A stretch of DNA of 64,000 bases, taken from IMG/VR virus record IMGVR_UViG_3300001765_000033, positions 30,583 through 94,582 of that record; one strand, given 5' to 3'. The DNA is from a virus. Below, in pieces: positions 38,859-49,213 of this stretch (the stretch's first letter is position 1; the number at the start of each line of letters is the position of its first letter). A model generated the notes under the pieces. The model ran no database searches. It saw nothing but the letters and a program-made list of their open reading frames with translations, and was not told where the DNA came from. A program made the translations under genes and the position numbers.

Positions 38859-39425
38859 ATGAAAAAATATTCGGATATTTCCAAAGAATTAAAGCTTAAA
38901 AGCAGAACAGAATCATATTGTGGTTATGATCGTGATTCGTTTTTAAAAGGTAGCTTATTCAAAGTTGGGGATATCGTAGAAAATCATGGGCGAAATGCTG
39001 AAGTTATTGATATTGGTCCAAACTATGTGACACTCATACGTGAAGGTAAAACTTTCAAAAGCTGGATTACCGATATAAGCAGGCCAGTTTCTGAATGCAA
39101 AAGCTCAGTACCAAAAAATAAAAATGGTCAGTTGAGTTATAAGGGATATGTCACCAAGAACTTTAATGAAGAATTGACTTCCATTTTCTTAGATAAATAT
39201 TCAAATAATTCAGATTCTTATGCTTATTATAATTGTATAGTATCTTGTGATAATCTAATGTCGGTTAAATCGAGTGCTTTAATAGAATACTATAATAAAT
39301 ATAATAATGAATATTTAAAGGTATCTAAATATTTAAATAAATTTGATATATTTATTCCTAGAGTTTCTATTATCGGAGAAGCTTTGGAAATGATTAGATA
39401 CAATAAGGAACAATATGTTGTTTAA
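38859..39425 (+). CDS. Late protein with SH3/KOW-like motif
   Basis: FKVGDIVE...EVIDIGPNYV...KSWITDI. Confidence 0.6.
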   Translation: MKKYSDISKELKLKSRTESYCGYDRDSFLKGSLFKVGDIVENHGRNAEVIDIGPNYVTLIREGKTFKSWITDISRPVSECKSSVPKNKNGQLSYKGYVTKNFNEELTSIFLDKYSNNSDSYAYYNCIVSCDNLMSVKSSALIEYYNKYNNEYLKVSKYLNKFDIFIPRVSIIGEALEMIRYNKEQYVV

Positions 39426-39666
39426 TGAGTACGCAAATATAAAAATAGAAGGTTATAAAAGCCTAGGTTGGAATATTTACGAATTAGTATCTAATGATAA
39501 AGAAGTTTCATTTAAAACTAGAGATACTACAGGGCAAAGTAGATACCATTATTATTCAGAAAATGCTATTGAAGTGTCAGACATTGAGAACATAGAAGAG
39601 ATTTTGCCAGAACAAAAAAAGAATAAAAGAACCAAAAAGGCACGAAATGAAAAAGACTGTATTTAA
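39415..39666 (+). CDS. Hypothetical protein
   Basis: 83 aa, AAGGA SD. Confidence 0.55.
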   Translation: MLFNEYANIKIEGYKSLGWNIYELVSNDKEVSFKTRDTTGQSRYHYYSENAIEVSDIENIEEILPEQKKNKRTKKARNEKDCI

Positions 39667-40912
39667 TTTTACTTATGAAACAAACCATGTGGAAGAGGTT
39701 ATTATAGAACCTGTCAAGATTCTACCTGATTCATTGTTAGAGTCTTTTGATAAGAAAATTGCTTGCTTTACTAACGTGGTTCCTCTTGATGAATTGTCTA
39801 AAAAAACTTTAGATTCATATGGTGATAAAAAATTAGAAAAGGCCGATGCAGAATATTTTGATGGTCCTAAAAACGAATTGATTAAAAAAGCAAATAAGGC
39901 ATTGGGAAGAGGGTTCTTTTCTCCCAGTAAAGTAAGTAAACCAAAAGAGGATACTAAGGTAGAATCGGTTACTCCAAAAACTCAAAAATTTACTGCGCAT
40001 TTGGTGGATGCAGATGGCAAGAAATCAAAAATATCAAAAGAATCCTATAGCCATGTTGGGTTAGCTAAGAGTGCATCAGATTTTAATCAAGGTGATTTAT
40101 TTTCTGCAAGGCAAAAAATGACTCACATTACTGACGCAACAGGAAAAAAAGTGTGGACAAATCCAAATTTAAAAGAATCTGATAATCTTTCAGAATTTGC
40201 AATGCCTACAACTAAAAATCCAGAAATATCCAAACATGCAGAAGTTTTAGCTGCTGTTCATGGCGGCGCGGCTGAAAGCGCAAAAGCAAAAGGTCAAATT
40301 GATTCTGCAAAAAAGCTTGCACAGAAAGCGATTAAAGCACATGCTGTGGTCAAAGGTGTCAAACACAGTATTGTTAAAAATGAGTCAGTAAAAGCAGACA
40401 CAAACAAAGTTGATCCTGATCTTGCTGGCGACAATGAGTTTTCAAAAGATTTTGACGCTGGTATCAAGAAAAATGAAATGCCAGGAATCAAGAAAATCGA
40501 GCCAATACAAAAACAAAAAGCGGATTCTGCAAAAGATAAAACTGAAGCTGATGCTCTAGCTGCTCATGGTCCAAATATAAATCAAGAACCAATGCACAGA
40601 ATGGCTAAAAAGGATGCTAAGATGGAATCAGTAACTTTTACATACAAAGAACTTTTAGATATTTTCTCAGAGTCGGAATTAACAGAATCAACTCTCGCTA
40701 ATGCTTGGGGAATTGAAGTATTTACTGATGGCGATGTTCATAGATTTTTGGTAAAAGATGGTGATGATATTATTGCTGAAGGCGTAAATCTAGCGATGAA
40801 ATCAGCCGCAAAGTCTGCTTATCGAAAATGTCTACACTTAGAATCTCATGTTACATCTAAAGTAGAGCAACCATCTAGAGTTTTAAATGCAATTAAATTT
40901 TTAAATAAATAA
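39647..40912 (+). CDS. Lys/Glu-rich putative prohead core/internal protein
   Basis: Many (L/V/M)xE-S/L/F sites, including LDELSKKTLDSY. Confidence 0.55.
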   Translation: MKKTVFNFTYETNHVEEVIIEPVKILPDSLLESFDKKIACFTNVVPLDELSKKTLDSYGDKKLEKADAEYFDGPKNELIKKANKALGRGFFSPSKVSKPKEDTKVESVTPKTQKFTAHLVDADGKKSKISKESYSHVGLAKSASDFNQGDLFSARQKMTHITDATGKKVWTNPNLKESDNLSEFAMPTTKNPEISKHAEVLAAVHGGAAESAKAKGQIDSAKKLAQKAIKAHAVVKGVKHSIVKNESVKADTNKVDPDLAGDNEFSKDFDAGIKKNEMPGIKKIEPIQKQKADSAKDKTEADALAAHGPNINQEPMHRMAKKDAKMESVTFTYKELLDIFSESELTESTLANAWGIEVFTDGDVHRFLVKDGDDIIAEGVNLAMKSAAKSAYRKCLHLESHVTSKVEQPSRVLNAIKFLNK

Positions 40913-40935
40913 TATAAGAAATTAAAGGAAACAAA

Positions 40936-41811
40936 ATGTCACAACAAAATCTCTCTCAGACTGCTGCAAATTTCGCTGCTCCAGCTGATCTTTTTGCTAA
41001 ATTAACGGTTGGTGGTACTACTGCCAATTTATCCAATGTTATAGTTGGTGAAAAAGTAACTGCTGCTGGTGGTGGCACTGCTAAAGTTTCTGGTCTTGGT
41101 GTGACTGCCAATACTTTGAGACTAAAAGCAGTAAAGGGTGCTGCAGGAACATGGACAGGCGCATTAACATTTAACAAATCTGCTGCTGCTGCAATGACAG
41201 CTTCTGCTTTTGCCTATACAAGCGAATTAAAACGTATTGATGCTGCAGATGGTACTGTTGAAGTTGTCACTGAATATACCTATGAATTGACCGACAAGGG
41301 TTTTGTGGTTGATACCGCGTCGCGTTTGAATTCAAAAGCAAATGCGCCTAAGAAGGTGGTTTCTGCTATTCGGGCTGGTGTGTCAAAATCTCAAAATACT
41401 GACCAATCTAATGCGCCTACTTTGACAGCAACTGGATTCACAGTTATCGCAGGTAAGACTTCTCGTGCTGCTACGCAATCTATCTCTAAGGCAGCTAAGG
41501 GTATTATCCGCATTTTAGTTACTTCAAACGAGTCTCTAAATGTTACTGTTGGTGGCACTGCTCTCAAGTACACGTTGACTTTTGCTGCTGGTGGTGGCAC
41601 AGTTACTGCTGCTGCAGTTTATAACTCTCAGGCATCAAGCGCCACCCGCTTAGTGTTTGAATACACAATGACTGGCCTAGAAAACAATGGCGTTATGGTT
41701 TCTGCTGTATATGCTGCAGGAACTTCAACGATCACTGATATCGGTGACGTAGGAAATACTGCTCGTACTCCTGGTAACGTGACCGTAACTGGCTGGACTG
41801 TTGCTGCTTAA
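40936..41811 (+). CDS. Virion structural protein (Ala/Thr-rich, Ig-like C-terminus)
   Basis: AATAAATA and AAGGA upstream; strongly biased codons. Confidence 0.65.
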   Translation: MSQQNLSQTAANFAAPADLFAKLTVGGTTANLSNVIVGEKVTAAGGGTAKVSGLGVTANTLRLKAVKGAAGTWTGALTFNKSAAAAMTASAFAYTSELKRIDAADGTVEVVTEYTYELTDKGFVVDTASRLNSKANAPKKVVSAIRAGVSKSQNTDQSNAPTLTATGFTVIAGKTSRAATQSISKAAKGIIRILVTSNESLNVTVGGTALKYTLTFAAGGGTVTAAAVYNSQASSATRLVFEYTMTGLENNGVMVSAVYAAGTSTITDIGDVGNTARTPGNVTVTGWTVAA

Positions 41812-41813
41812 AC

Positions 41814-42248
41814 ATGGCTGATTTAAAAATATCAGAATTAGTTTCTGCAACTTCGGTTGCAGTTACCGATTACTTTGTTATTGTGCAGAGTGGAGAAACC
41901 AGAAAGATAACTCCAAAAACTTTATTTGGTAATATTCCAAGTCCAGTTTATTGTAAAGAAGCCACAGAAACCGTAGCTTCAGGGGTAGTTTCTTTATTGG
42001 TTTCAACTTCGGTAATTAGTTCAGCAAGTTCTGCTAATCAAATTCTTACTTTGGCAGCTGGTACTCATGGAATGGTAAAAGAAATTGTTGTCGGCGTTTT
42101 GTCTAATACTTACACCGCAACATTGAATGTGACTGGAGGTAAAGGTTTTACTTCGGTAGTTTTTAATTCAGTCGGCGATACGCTTAGTTTGAGAAATATT
42201 TCTGGATCGTGGTATATCCTTGGTTCAAATGGAGTTACAATTGTATAG
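41814..42248 (+). CDS. Virion structural protein
   Basis: MADLKISEL..AT....DY..IVQ.GETRKIT N-terminal motif. Confidence 0.65.
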   Translation: MADLKISELVSATSVAVTDYFVIVQSGETRKITPKTLFGNIPSPVYCKEATETVASGVVSLLVSTSVISSASSANQILTLAAGTHGMVKEIVVGVLSNTYTATLNVTGGKGFTSVVFNSVGDTLSLRNISGSWYILGSNGVTIV

Positions 42249-42891
42249 TTCTAAACCGAGTATCAAAATCTCTCAACTGCCAGAAGTTTTAGCGACTACT
42301 GGATCAGAAAGAATGTTGCTCGTTCAAGGTGGGGTTTCTAAGCAAGTTTTCATCAATAAATTTTTTGATGGATTGAAGTCTGATAGGAATTTCTCTTTTA
42401 ATGTACAAACGAATACTTTTTCAGTAGTAAATGATTCGATTGCGCTAATTACCGCAATTGGTAATAGCATTAACAAAGTCGGCATTTCGCAAACAAACCC
42501 ACAGACAACATTACATGTCGGTGGTTCTGTGACTATTGGTACTTCTGCGACAATTGCGAATTATACAACTTCTGCACCAGCGGTAGGTGTTGGTGTTTTT
42601 ATTACTCCGTATGAGTTTATCCGTGATGTTGGTACAATTACTATAGGTGTAGATACTACCCTATTTTCGGTGTCTTCTGCTAGAACTTATTCTTTAGCTG
42701 ACGGTACAAAGGGGCAAACAAAAACTTTTATTTTGTTGGATAAAGTAGGTTCTGGTTCGGTTATTATTACTCCGACTCATTTACTTAAACATACAAGCAT
42801 AACGCTGACCGAACTAGGAGCTTCGGCTACCCTCAAATTTGTACATGATAAATGGGTTGTTGTTTCCGCAGTCAATGTATCCCTAGCTTGA
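42241..42891 (+). CDS. Virion structural protein, paralog of 41814..42248
   Basis: IKISQLP..LLVQGG.SK, LADGTKGQ.K vs LAAGTHGM.K; TTG start after GGAG. Confidence 0.6.
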   Translation: MYSSKPSIKISQLPEVLATTGSERMLLVQGGVSKQVFINKFFDGLKSDRNFSFNVQTNTFSVVNDSIALITAIGNSINKVGISQTNPQTTLHVGGSVTIGTSATIANYTTSAPAVGVGVFITPYEFIRDVGTITIGVDTTLFSVSSARTYSLADGTKGQTKTFILLDKVGSGSVIITPTHLLKHTSITLTELGASATLKFVHDKWVVVSAVNVSLA

Positions 42892-42895
42892 TTTT

Positions 42896-43264
42896 ATGAA
42901 TGAGGCTGATCTTTTTAATTTTGCCATAAAACATTATAATAATCCAATATGCAAGACAGCAGAAGAATTTTCGTTGGATTATAATACAACGGCAAAAATA
43001 AGAAAGATCATAAATCGACATTTTTTAGGTGAAGAGTTAAATTGTAGGTTATTGTTAAATCATTTTATGACATTTTATAATGTCTTTGTTCCTAGCGCAG
43101 CGACAATAATTTTATTTTTAAAACTTCCAGAAGAACACTATCCAATAATAAAAACAATAGCAACTTTTTTAAATTATATGCCTCAAAATTTAAAAGATTA
43201 TGGATTGGATGTTGATAGCGTCGAGTTTGATTCTCAGTTGGTAAAATTTTTAAGGGAAATCTAA
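42896..43264 (+). CDS. Conserved T4-like hypothetical protein
   Basis: FAIKHYNNP.C...EEF..D, RLLLNH....YNVF. Confidence 0.75.
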   Translation: MNEADLFNFAIKHYNNPICKTAEEFSLDYNTTAKIRKIINRHFLGEELNCRLLLNHFMTFYNVFVPSAATIILFLKLPEEHYPIIKTIATFLNYMPQNLKDYGLDVDSVEFDSQLVKFLREI

Positions 43265-43265
43265 A

Positions 43266-43880
43266 ATGGATCAGGCAGCAATTGACAATATGACAGCACA
43301 GAGAATGGTGCATTATTTGATCACGCCATATAATCAATGGGAAGCTGCAAGAATTGGTCTGTTGGATGATAATGGTAAATTGAAACGAGAACCAAAAACT
43401 TCAAATGAAACTCGTTATTTCAATATGTTTCATATCCTTGCTATTAAATTGAGAGATATTATGAAAACCAGTGGCAGAGGTACAAACTTTGTTTTACCTG
43501 GAACTGCTGGACAATTTTATTTGAATAATAAAAGCATTCCTGCTGGTAACTTCACAAACTGGACCATTGCCAATAGATCAAATTTGCCAATTTTAGGTGC
43601 CGCATATTCGTCAATGAAAGAATGTGTGATGTTGGATGACGACGAATTATTTGAGTCCTTTTTCGATAAATATTTGAAATTTCCTATTAAAAAAGATTTG
43701 CGAGAAATGTCTTTAGTTTTAGAAGATAGCGAATCTCCCGGTAATGTTGCTTCACAGGTTGTTGGTATTGAACAACCTCTTGGAATGCCGATTATGAACA
43801 GATATAAAAAACAAAATATAAAGAAAACTGCTATGGATAAGGCTATTTCAAAATTGAAAGGTGAGAATGTTCCCGCTTAA
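43266..43880 (+). CDS. Conserved T4-like hypothetical late protein
   Basis: LITPY..WEA...GL.D.NG; VLED..P.N. Confidence 0.65.
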   Translation: MDQAAIDNMTAQRMVHYLITPYNQWEAARIGLLDDNGKLKREPKTSNETRYFNMFHILAIKLRDIMKTSGRGTNFVLPGTAGQFYLNNKSIPAGNFTNWTIANRSNLPILGAAYSSMKECVMLDDDELFESFFDKYLKFPIKKDLREMSLVLEDSESPGNVASQVVGIEQPLGMPIMNRYKKQNIKKTAMDKAISKLKGENVPA

Positions 43881-44238
43881 TTATTTGTATATTGCTGCTG
43901 CTATCGCAGTTGCTGGAATGCTTGGTACAATTGGATATCAGAGCAATAAAATTTCTGGATTAGAGGCAGAAGCTGCTGTTTATACTTCAAAGAATATCGA
44001 ATTAGTAAAGAAAATTGAAGATCAAAACGCTGCACTAAAAGCAGGCGAAGCTAGTTATATTGAAGTTCAGAGAAATTTTGATATTGCCACTGGTAAAAAT
44101 GTCGCACTGACTGCAGAGTATGCTAAACTTAGAAACTCATGGAAAGTTGCGCCAGTTCCTAAAGATTGTCCAAGTTCTGTGATAGAATTACAAGTTAGGT
44201 CAAGTGAAATTTCAACAAAATGGAATGAGAAAAAGTGA
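43867..44238 (+). CDS. Inner-membrane spanin (Rz-like)
   Basis: N-terminal TM helix, coiled coil, C-terminal Cys. Confidence 0.75.
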   Translation: MFPLNYLYIAAAIAVAGMLGTIGYQSNKISGLEAEAAVYTSKNIELVKKIEDQNAALKAGEASYIEVQRNFDIATGKNVALTAEYAKLRNSWKVAPVPKDCPSSVIELQVRSSEISTKWNEKK

Positions 44239-44498
44239 AATATTTAATTTTATGTGCAGCTATTTTTCTTAGTGGGTGTGTAACAATTCCACAAGATCAG
44301 TGTGCTGATAGACCAATTTATAAACCATATAAGGTTGAGATACCAGACCGCCCGGTTCTTGTGTCCAATGCTTCGTTAGCCACTGAAGGCGAAGTTGTTC
44401 GCGCAGTCGAGTCTGATCTTAGCGCACTAGCAGAGTACGCACAAAAGCTTGAAAATCTAATCAAAGCTTTACCACAAAATCTTTCTGTCCCCAAGTAA
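44235..44498 (+). CDS. Outer-membrane spanin lipoprotein (Rz1-like)
   Basis: Lipobox FLSGC; Pro-rich; overlaps the i-spanin stop. Confidence 0.8.
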   Translation: MKYLILCAAIFLSGCVTIPQDQCADRPIYKPYKVEIPDRPVLVSNASLATEGEVVRAVESDLSALAEYAQKLENLIKALPQNLSVPK

Positions 44499-44507
44499 AT
44501 TCTGAGT

Positions 44508-44540
44508 TTTTGTGTTACAATGTAATGTTGTAACACAAAA
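44508..44540 (+). promoter_or_regulatory. 13-bp inverted repeat containing extended -10 TGTGTTACAAT
   Basis: TTTTGTGTTACAA / TTGTAACACAAAA, just upstream of primase. Confidence 0.7.
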
Positions 44541-44547
44541 TTATATT

Positions 44548-45600
44548 ATGGCCGTTTGGATTGATGTAAAGTATCTAAAACAAATTTCTTATAGGTTGGA
44601 TCGCTGGATTGAGAAAAAAATCTCGCCTCATCAATCGATTTGTAAGTGTCCAATTTGTGGAGATTCCCTAAAAAAAGCAAATAAAAAGCGTGGATACTTT
44701 TACGAAAAAGGTGCGTCTATTTTATTCAGATGCTTCAATTGTGATGCATCAATGTCGTTTGGTAAGTTTCTAAGAGAGTTCGATCCATTTGTATACAAGC
44801 AGTATGCAATGGAATCATACAAAGAGAGAGTACAAGACACACCTAAGCCATTAAAAGAAGAAATTTCTCCGTTACTTGGTTCCAAAAAATCCACTCAGAT
44901 TGCGTTAAAACAGGCTCAGACAGAATCAAATTCTGTGCTTGGTGATGCAGTGCCATTGATGACATTGGACTCAAAACACCCTGCTAGATTGTACTATGAT
45001 GCCAGAAAACTGCCTTCTAAATACAATTCCATGTTCTACTTTGCAGAAAACTTTTTCAGTTGGGCATCGAAAAACACGGATAAATTTGAAGCAGCAGAGG
45101 AAAATTGTAAAGACCATCCAAGAATCATAATTCCGTGGTATAATGGTAAGCAAGAATTATTCGCATATCAGGCTAGGTCTATTTTTGGACAAGAACCGAA
45201 ATACTATACTATTGTGCTAGACACAGAGACTCCTAAATTCTTTGGTGTAGATAGAGTTGATCTTAGTAAGAAAATTTATTGCTGTGAAGGTTTATTTGAT
45301 TCTTTATTTTTGGACAATTCTTTAGCTGTTGGTTCTAGTGCTCTAACAACATTTTCCGATAAAAATTTAGATGTAGTATATGTGTGGGACAATGAAAAAA
45401 GAAATTTAGAAATATGTAAATTGATGAAAAAAGCAATTTTAGCAAATAAACAAGTAGTTATTTGGCCCAATAATTTGATACAGAAAGATATAAACGATAT
45501 GGTTTTATCTGAATTAGATGTAAAATCTATAATAAAAGAAAATACTTTTTGTGGTATTAGAGCAAAGCTTAGATTTTCTAATTGGAATAAGTGTTTGTGA
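44548..45600 (+). CDS. 61: DNA primase gp61
   Basis: CPICGDS..K.RG, CFNC, RIIIP, EG.FDSLF, KDINDM. Confidence 0.95.
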   Translation: MAVWIDVKYLKQISYRLDRWIEKKISPHQSICKCPICGDSLKKANKKRGYFYEKGASILFRCFNCDASMSFGKFLREFDPFVYKQYAMESYKERVQDTPKPLKEEISPLLGSKKSTQIALKQAQTESNSVLGDAVPLMTLDSKHPARLYYDARKLPSKYNSMFYFAENFFSWASKNTDKFEAAEENCKDHPRIIIPWYNGKQELFAYQARSIFGQEPKYYTIVLDTETPKFFGVDRVDLSKKIYCCEGLFDSLFLDNSLAVGSSALTTFSDKNLDVVYVWDNEKRNLEICKLMKKAILANKQVVIWPNNLIQKDINDMVLSELDVKSIIKENTFCGIRAKLRFSNWNKCL

Positions 45601-46243
45601 TATCTATGGCTTGCCATCCTATCATGTGTTCACATCCTAGTTTCGGTTTTGATTTATGATAAAATGGCTGGTTTGTTTTTAATGAATTATAAATTATTAC
45701 TCTAGGGATTTTTAATATTTTACATTCTTTTAAAAATGTTCCGTTAAATTCATATAATATTTCATTATTAATGTCTATAATTTGTATTATTTTTGCCCTT
45801 ACATTTAATGCGCCTTTTCTCTTTTCTGACATTTTTTGTTTAGATTCATTTGTATGTCTTTGATTTCTTGCTGCTTCTATACATATCTGCTTGGTTTCTT
45901 CTGTATGTTTTTTATTGTAAAATGGATTAAGATGCCCAAACCTTGCAGAACCATACATAGGATTGTCTTTTCCAGCAGCACCATCGCCACCATCAGTTAA
46001 ATTTCTAAGGATTCCTGTTTTGTTATCTTTTCTGCCGTACCATTTAATTAATTGTCTTTCTATTGCCAATGCACCTAAATTGGTTAGATTTTTTTCGACA
46101 AAAACTATTTTTGTTTTATTTTTTGGAACTGCTACGTTGTGATGTTTAGAGAATGCTCTATTCTTTTTACCTTTACCTATATAATAGGGAGTACCGTCTT
46201 CTCTTAAATACGCATATACATAATAGATTAATTCGCTGGTCAT
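45578..46243 (-). mobile_element. GIY-YIG homing endonuclease with NUMOD3-like repeats
   Basis: [35 protein letters not shown]; antisense overlap with the primase end. Confidence 0.88.
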
Positions 46244-46331
46244 AAAGACTCCTTAAACTGGGTTGACTAGAGTAGGCAGATGTTGAAGCATCGTGGTCTA
46301 CACATATATTTAGAGTTTTATAACTTTATAA

Positions 46332-46418
46332 GAATCTGAGTTATTGGATTTGATAACTCAAAATACGTTTAGTGGTGCGTCAGCATTGCTAAGATTTAAT
46401 CAATGGAAAAGGAGCTAA
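46332..46418 (+). pseudogene. Relic of a previous primase C-terminus
   Basis: ESELLDLITQNTFSGASALLRFNQWKRS* aligns with current [30 protein letters not shown]. Confidence 0.8.
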
Positions 46419-46420
46419 AC

Positions 46421-46636
46421 ATGAAAAAATACACATTTATTTGTGAAGATACTGAAAATAATTCGGTGGCGAAACATGAGTTTTCAACTGAGCATGATGC
46501 TTGGTCAGGTTATGATGGTCCAGCGTATGCATTTTTCAACTTTCTAAAAGGTTGTGGATTTTCATTTTTTTCTGATTCAGAATTGGGTGTAATGGATCAC
46601 GAAAGCGGCAAATGGTATGGCTGCTACAATGAGTGA
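46421..46636 (+). CDS. Hypothetical protein
   Basis: AAGGAG SD before ATG 46421; F..FLKGCGF motif. Confidence 0.65.
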   Translation: MKKYTFICEDTENNSVAKHEFSTEHDAWSGYDGPAYAFFNFLKGCGFSFFSDSELGVMDHESGKWYGCYNE

Positions 46637-47090
46637 TACTATGCTGAAAATTCAAGTCAAGTGTAAAGTTTTTAATGAATCTGATAATCCACTGCCAAAG
46701 TATGAAACTTCTGGCGCTGCTGGTATGGATGTTTGTTCAAATGAAGATGTAGAAATTGCGCCAGGAAAAGTTGTCGCAGTTAAAACTGGTTTGTATTTTG
46801 AAATTGCAGAAGGTTATGAAATTCAGGTCAGACCTCGTAGCGGGTTGTCGATGAAAACTGGCTTGAGGGTAGCGAACTCTTTAGGAACTTTGGATTCTGA
46901 TTGGCGTGGAAATTCCGCTGTTTTATTGTGGAACACTGATAATGTCAGTTATTTTGTGAAAAAAGGTGATAGAATTGCTCAATTGGTTTTGAGTGAAGTG
47001 CCTAAAATTTCGTGGGTTTCTGTTGCGTCTAAAAATGAACTATTGTCTACTGATCGTGGTGAGTCGGGTTTCGGTTCTACCGGGAAATAA
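46629..47090 (+). CDS. dut: Trimeric dUTPase
   Basis: AAGMD, RPRSG, GTLDSDWRG, GDRIAQ, RG.SGFGSTG. Confidence 0.95.
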   Translation: MSDTMLKIQVKCKVFNESDNPLPKYETSGAAGMDVCSNEDVEIAPGKVVAVKTGLYFEIAEGYEIQVRPRSGLSMKTGLRVANSLGTLDSDWRGNSAVLLWNTDNVSYFVKKGDRIAQLVLSEVPKISWVSVASKNELLSTDRGESGFGSTGK

Positions 47091-47112
47091 TTTTAATAAA
47101 AAGGAAAAATAA

Positions 47113-48963
47113 ATGGATAAAAGTCAGAAAATTTTGAGCGATGTTATCATATTTCAAAAATATGCAAAATACAAACAAGGCATTCAGCGAAGAGAAACAT
47201 GGGAAGAAATTTGTGATAGAAATTCTTCCATGCATATTAAAAAATATCCGATGTTGGCTAAAGAAATTTCTGATGTATATCGTGAATATGTATATACTAA
47301 AAAGGTGTTACCTTCGATGAGGTCAATGCAATTTGCCGGTCGTCCGATTGAATTAAATCACACTAGAATTTTTAATTGTGCGTATGCTCCGGTGGATCAT
47401 CCATTTATTTTTGCAGAAGCGATGCAGTTACTATTGGGTGGCACTGGATTTGGATATTCTGTACAATCCCATCATATTGAAAAATTGCCAGTTATTCAAG
47501 GCCCATCGCCAAAAACTCGTAGATTTTTGGTGGCCGATTCTATTGAAGGTTGGGCTGATGCCATTAAGGTTTTAGTTAAAGCGTATACCACTGGAAAAAG
47601 TAATCCAGAGTTCGATTATGGAGATATCAGGCATAAAGGCGCACAATTAATTACTGCCGGCGGAAAGGCTCCTGGCCCAGACCCATTGCGTATTTGTGTT
47701 GAGCAAGTTCGTAGTATTTTAAATAATTCTCTTGGGCGCAAATTGATGTCCATTGAATGTCATGATATAATGTGTCATATTGCTGACGCTGTACTTTCTG
47801 GGGGAATTCGTCGCGCAGCAATGATCGCGTTCTTTGATAGATTTGATATGGATATGATTTCATGCAAGTCCGGTTCATGGTGGGAGTTAAATCCTCAACG
47901 TGGTCGAGCTAATAATTCTGCTGTTCTTGAGCGAGATAAAATCACTATATCACAATTTAATGATTTATGGGAAAGAATTAAAAATTCTGGTTCTGGTGAG
48001 CCTGGAGTTTACTTTACAAATGATAAAAATATTTTGTCGAACCCATGCGTCGAAGCCACATTAAACGCTTTTCAGTTTTGTAATTTGTCAGAACTAAATG
48101 TTTCAGATTTGGTGTCTCAGGAAGATTTTAATTCAAGAGCAAAAGCAGCCGCGTTTATTGGCACTTTACAAGCTGGATATACAGACTTTCATTATCTACG
48201 CCCTCAATGGAAAGAAACTACTGAAAAAGAAGCACTACTTGGTGTTGGTATGACAGGAATTGGGTCTGGTGTCGTGTTAAACTATGATATGACAGAAGCT
48301 GCTAAATTCGTAGTTGAAGAAAATAAGAGGGTAGCTAGTATTATCGGAATTAATCAAGCTGCACGAACGACTTTAACAAAACCGTCTGGAACATCATCAA
48401 TTGTTGTAGGCTCATCTTCTGGAATTCATGCGTGGCATAATGATTATTATATTCGTACCGTTAGAGTCGGAAAATCAGAGCCATTATATAATTATATGGT
48501 AAAGCATTTATCTAATTTAATCGAAGATTGTAAATTCAAACCACACTTAGATGCAGTTATGAGTTTTCCACAAAAGGCACCAGAAGGTTCGATTATGCGA
48601 ACAGAATCTGCGATTCATTTACTGGATAGAGTTAAAAGGGTTAGTGAAGAGTGGATTTTACCTGGGCATAATTCTGGCACACAAACTCATAATGTCTCTT
48701 GTACAATTTCTGTTAAACCTAATGAATGGTGGTCTGTCGGGGCATGGATGTGGGATAATAGATATAATTATAATGGGGTTGCAGTTTTGCCTTACGATGG
48801 TGGCACATACATACAAGCACCATTTCAAGATTGCACAAAAGAAGTTTATGACAATATGTACCAACAATTATCAGATATTGATTTAACTAAAGTTGTAGAA
48901 TTTAATGATAATACTAACCATGTCCTAGAGGCAGCATGTTCTGCTGGTGGTTGTTCAATTTAA
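47113..48963 (+). CDS. nrdJ: Class II (B12-dependent) ribonucleotide reductase
   Basis: PSMR, FNC, GGIRR.A, NPCVE, KPSGT, C-terminal CSAGGC. Confidence 0.9.
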   Translation: MDKSQKILSDVIIFQKYAKYKQGIQRRETWEEICDRNSSMHIKKYPMLAKEISDVYREYVYTKKVLPSMRSMQFAGRPIELNHTRIFNCAYAPVDHPFIFAEAMQLLLGGTGFGYSVQSHHIEKLPVIQGPSPKTRRFLVADSIEGWADAIKVLVKAYTTGKSNPEFDYGDIRHKGAQLITAGGKAPGPDPLRICVEQVRSILNNSLGRKLMSIECHDIMCHIADAVLSGGIRRAAMIAFFDRFDMDMISCKSGSWWELNPQRGRANNSAVLERDKITISQFNDLWERIKNSGSGEPGVYFTNDKNILSNPCVEATLNAFQFCNLSELNVSDLVSQEDFNSRAKAAAFIGTLQAGYTDFHYLRPQWKETTEKEALLGVGMTGIGSGVVLNYDMTEAAKFVVEENKRVASIIGINQAARTTLTKPSGTSSIVVGSSSGIHAWHNDYYIRTVRVGKSEPLYNYMVKHLSNLIEDCKFKPHLDAVMSFPQKAPEGSIMRTESAIHLLDRVKRVSEEWILPGHNSGTQTHNVSCTISVKPNEWWSVGAWMWDNRYNYNGVAVLPYDGGTYIQAPFQDCTKEVYDNMYQQLSDIDLTKVVEFNDNTNHVLEAACSAGGCSI

Positions 48964-48972
48964 GGATAAAAT

Positions 48973-49194
48973 ATGACACTAACCGTATATTCAAAGAAAA
49001 ATTGTCCAGCTTGTGATAAAGCTAAACAATTTCTAATGTCGAAAGCAGTAGAATTTTCTGAAATAAAAATTGATGAAAATTTAGAAGCAAGAAACTTTTT
49101 ATTGGAAAGTGGACATCGATCAGTCCCACAAATTTATCAAGATGGTAAACTATTTGTCAATTCTGTTTCGGAGCTTACAGAAATGGCATTTTAG
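48973..49194 (+). CDS. Glutaredoxin
   Basis: CPAC, SVPQIY.DG. Confidence 0.9.
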   Translation: MTLTVYSKKNCPACDKAKQFLMSKAVEFSEIKIDENLEARNFLLESGHRSVPQIYQDGKLFVNSVSELTEMAF

Positions 49195-49205
49195 AATTTC
49201 TGTGC

Positions 49206-49213
49206 TATAAATA
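49206..49213 (+). promoter_or_regulatory. Late promoter TATAAATA
   Basis: Exact consensus before the Zn-ribbon/PAAR pair. Confidence 0.75.
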
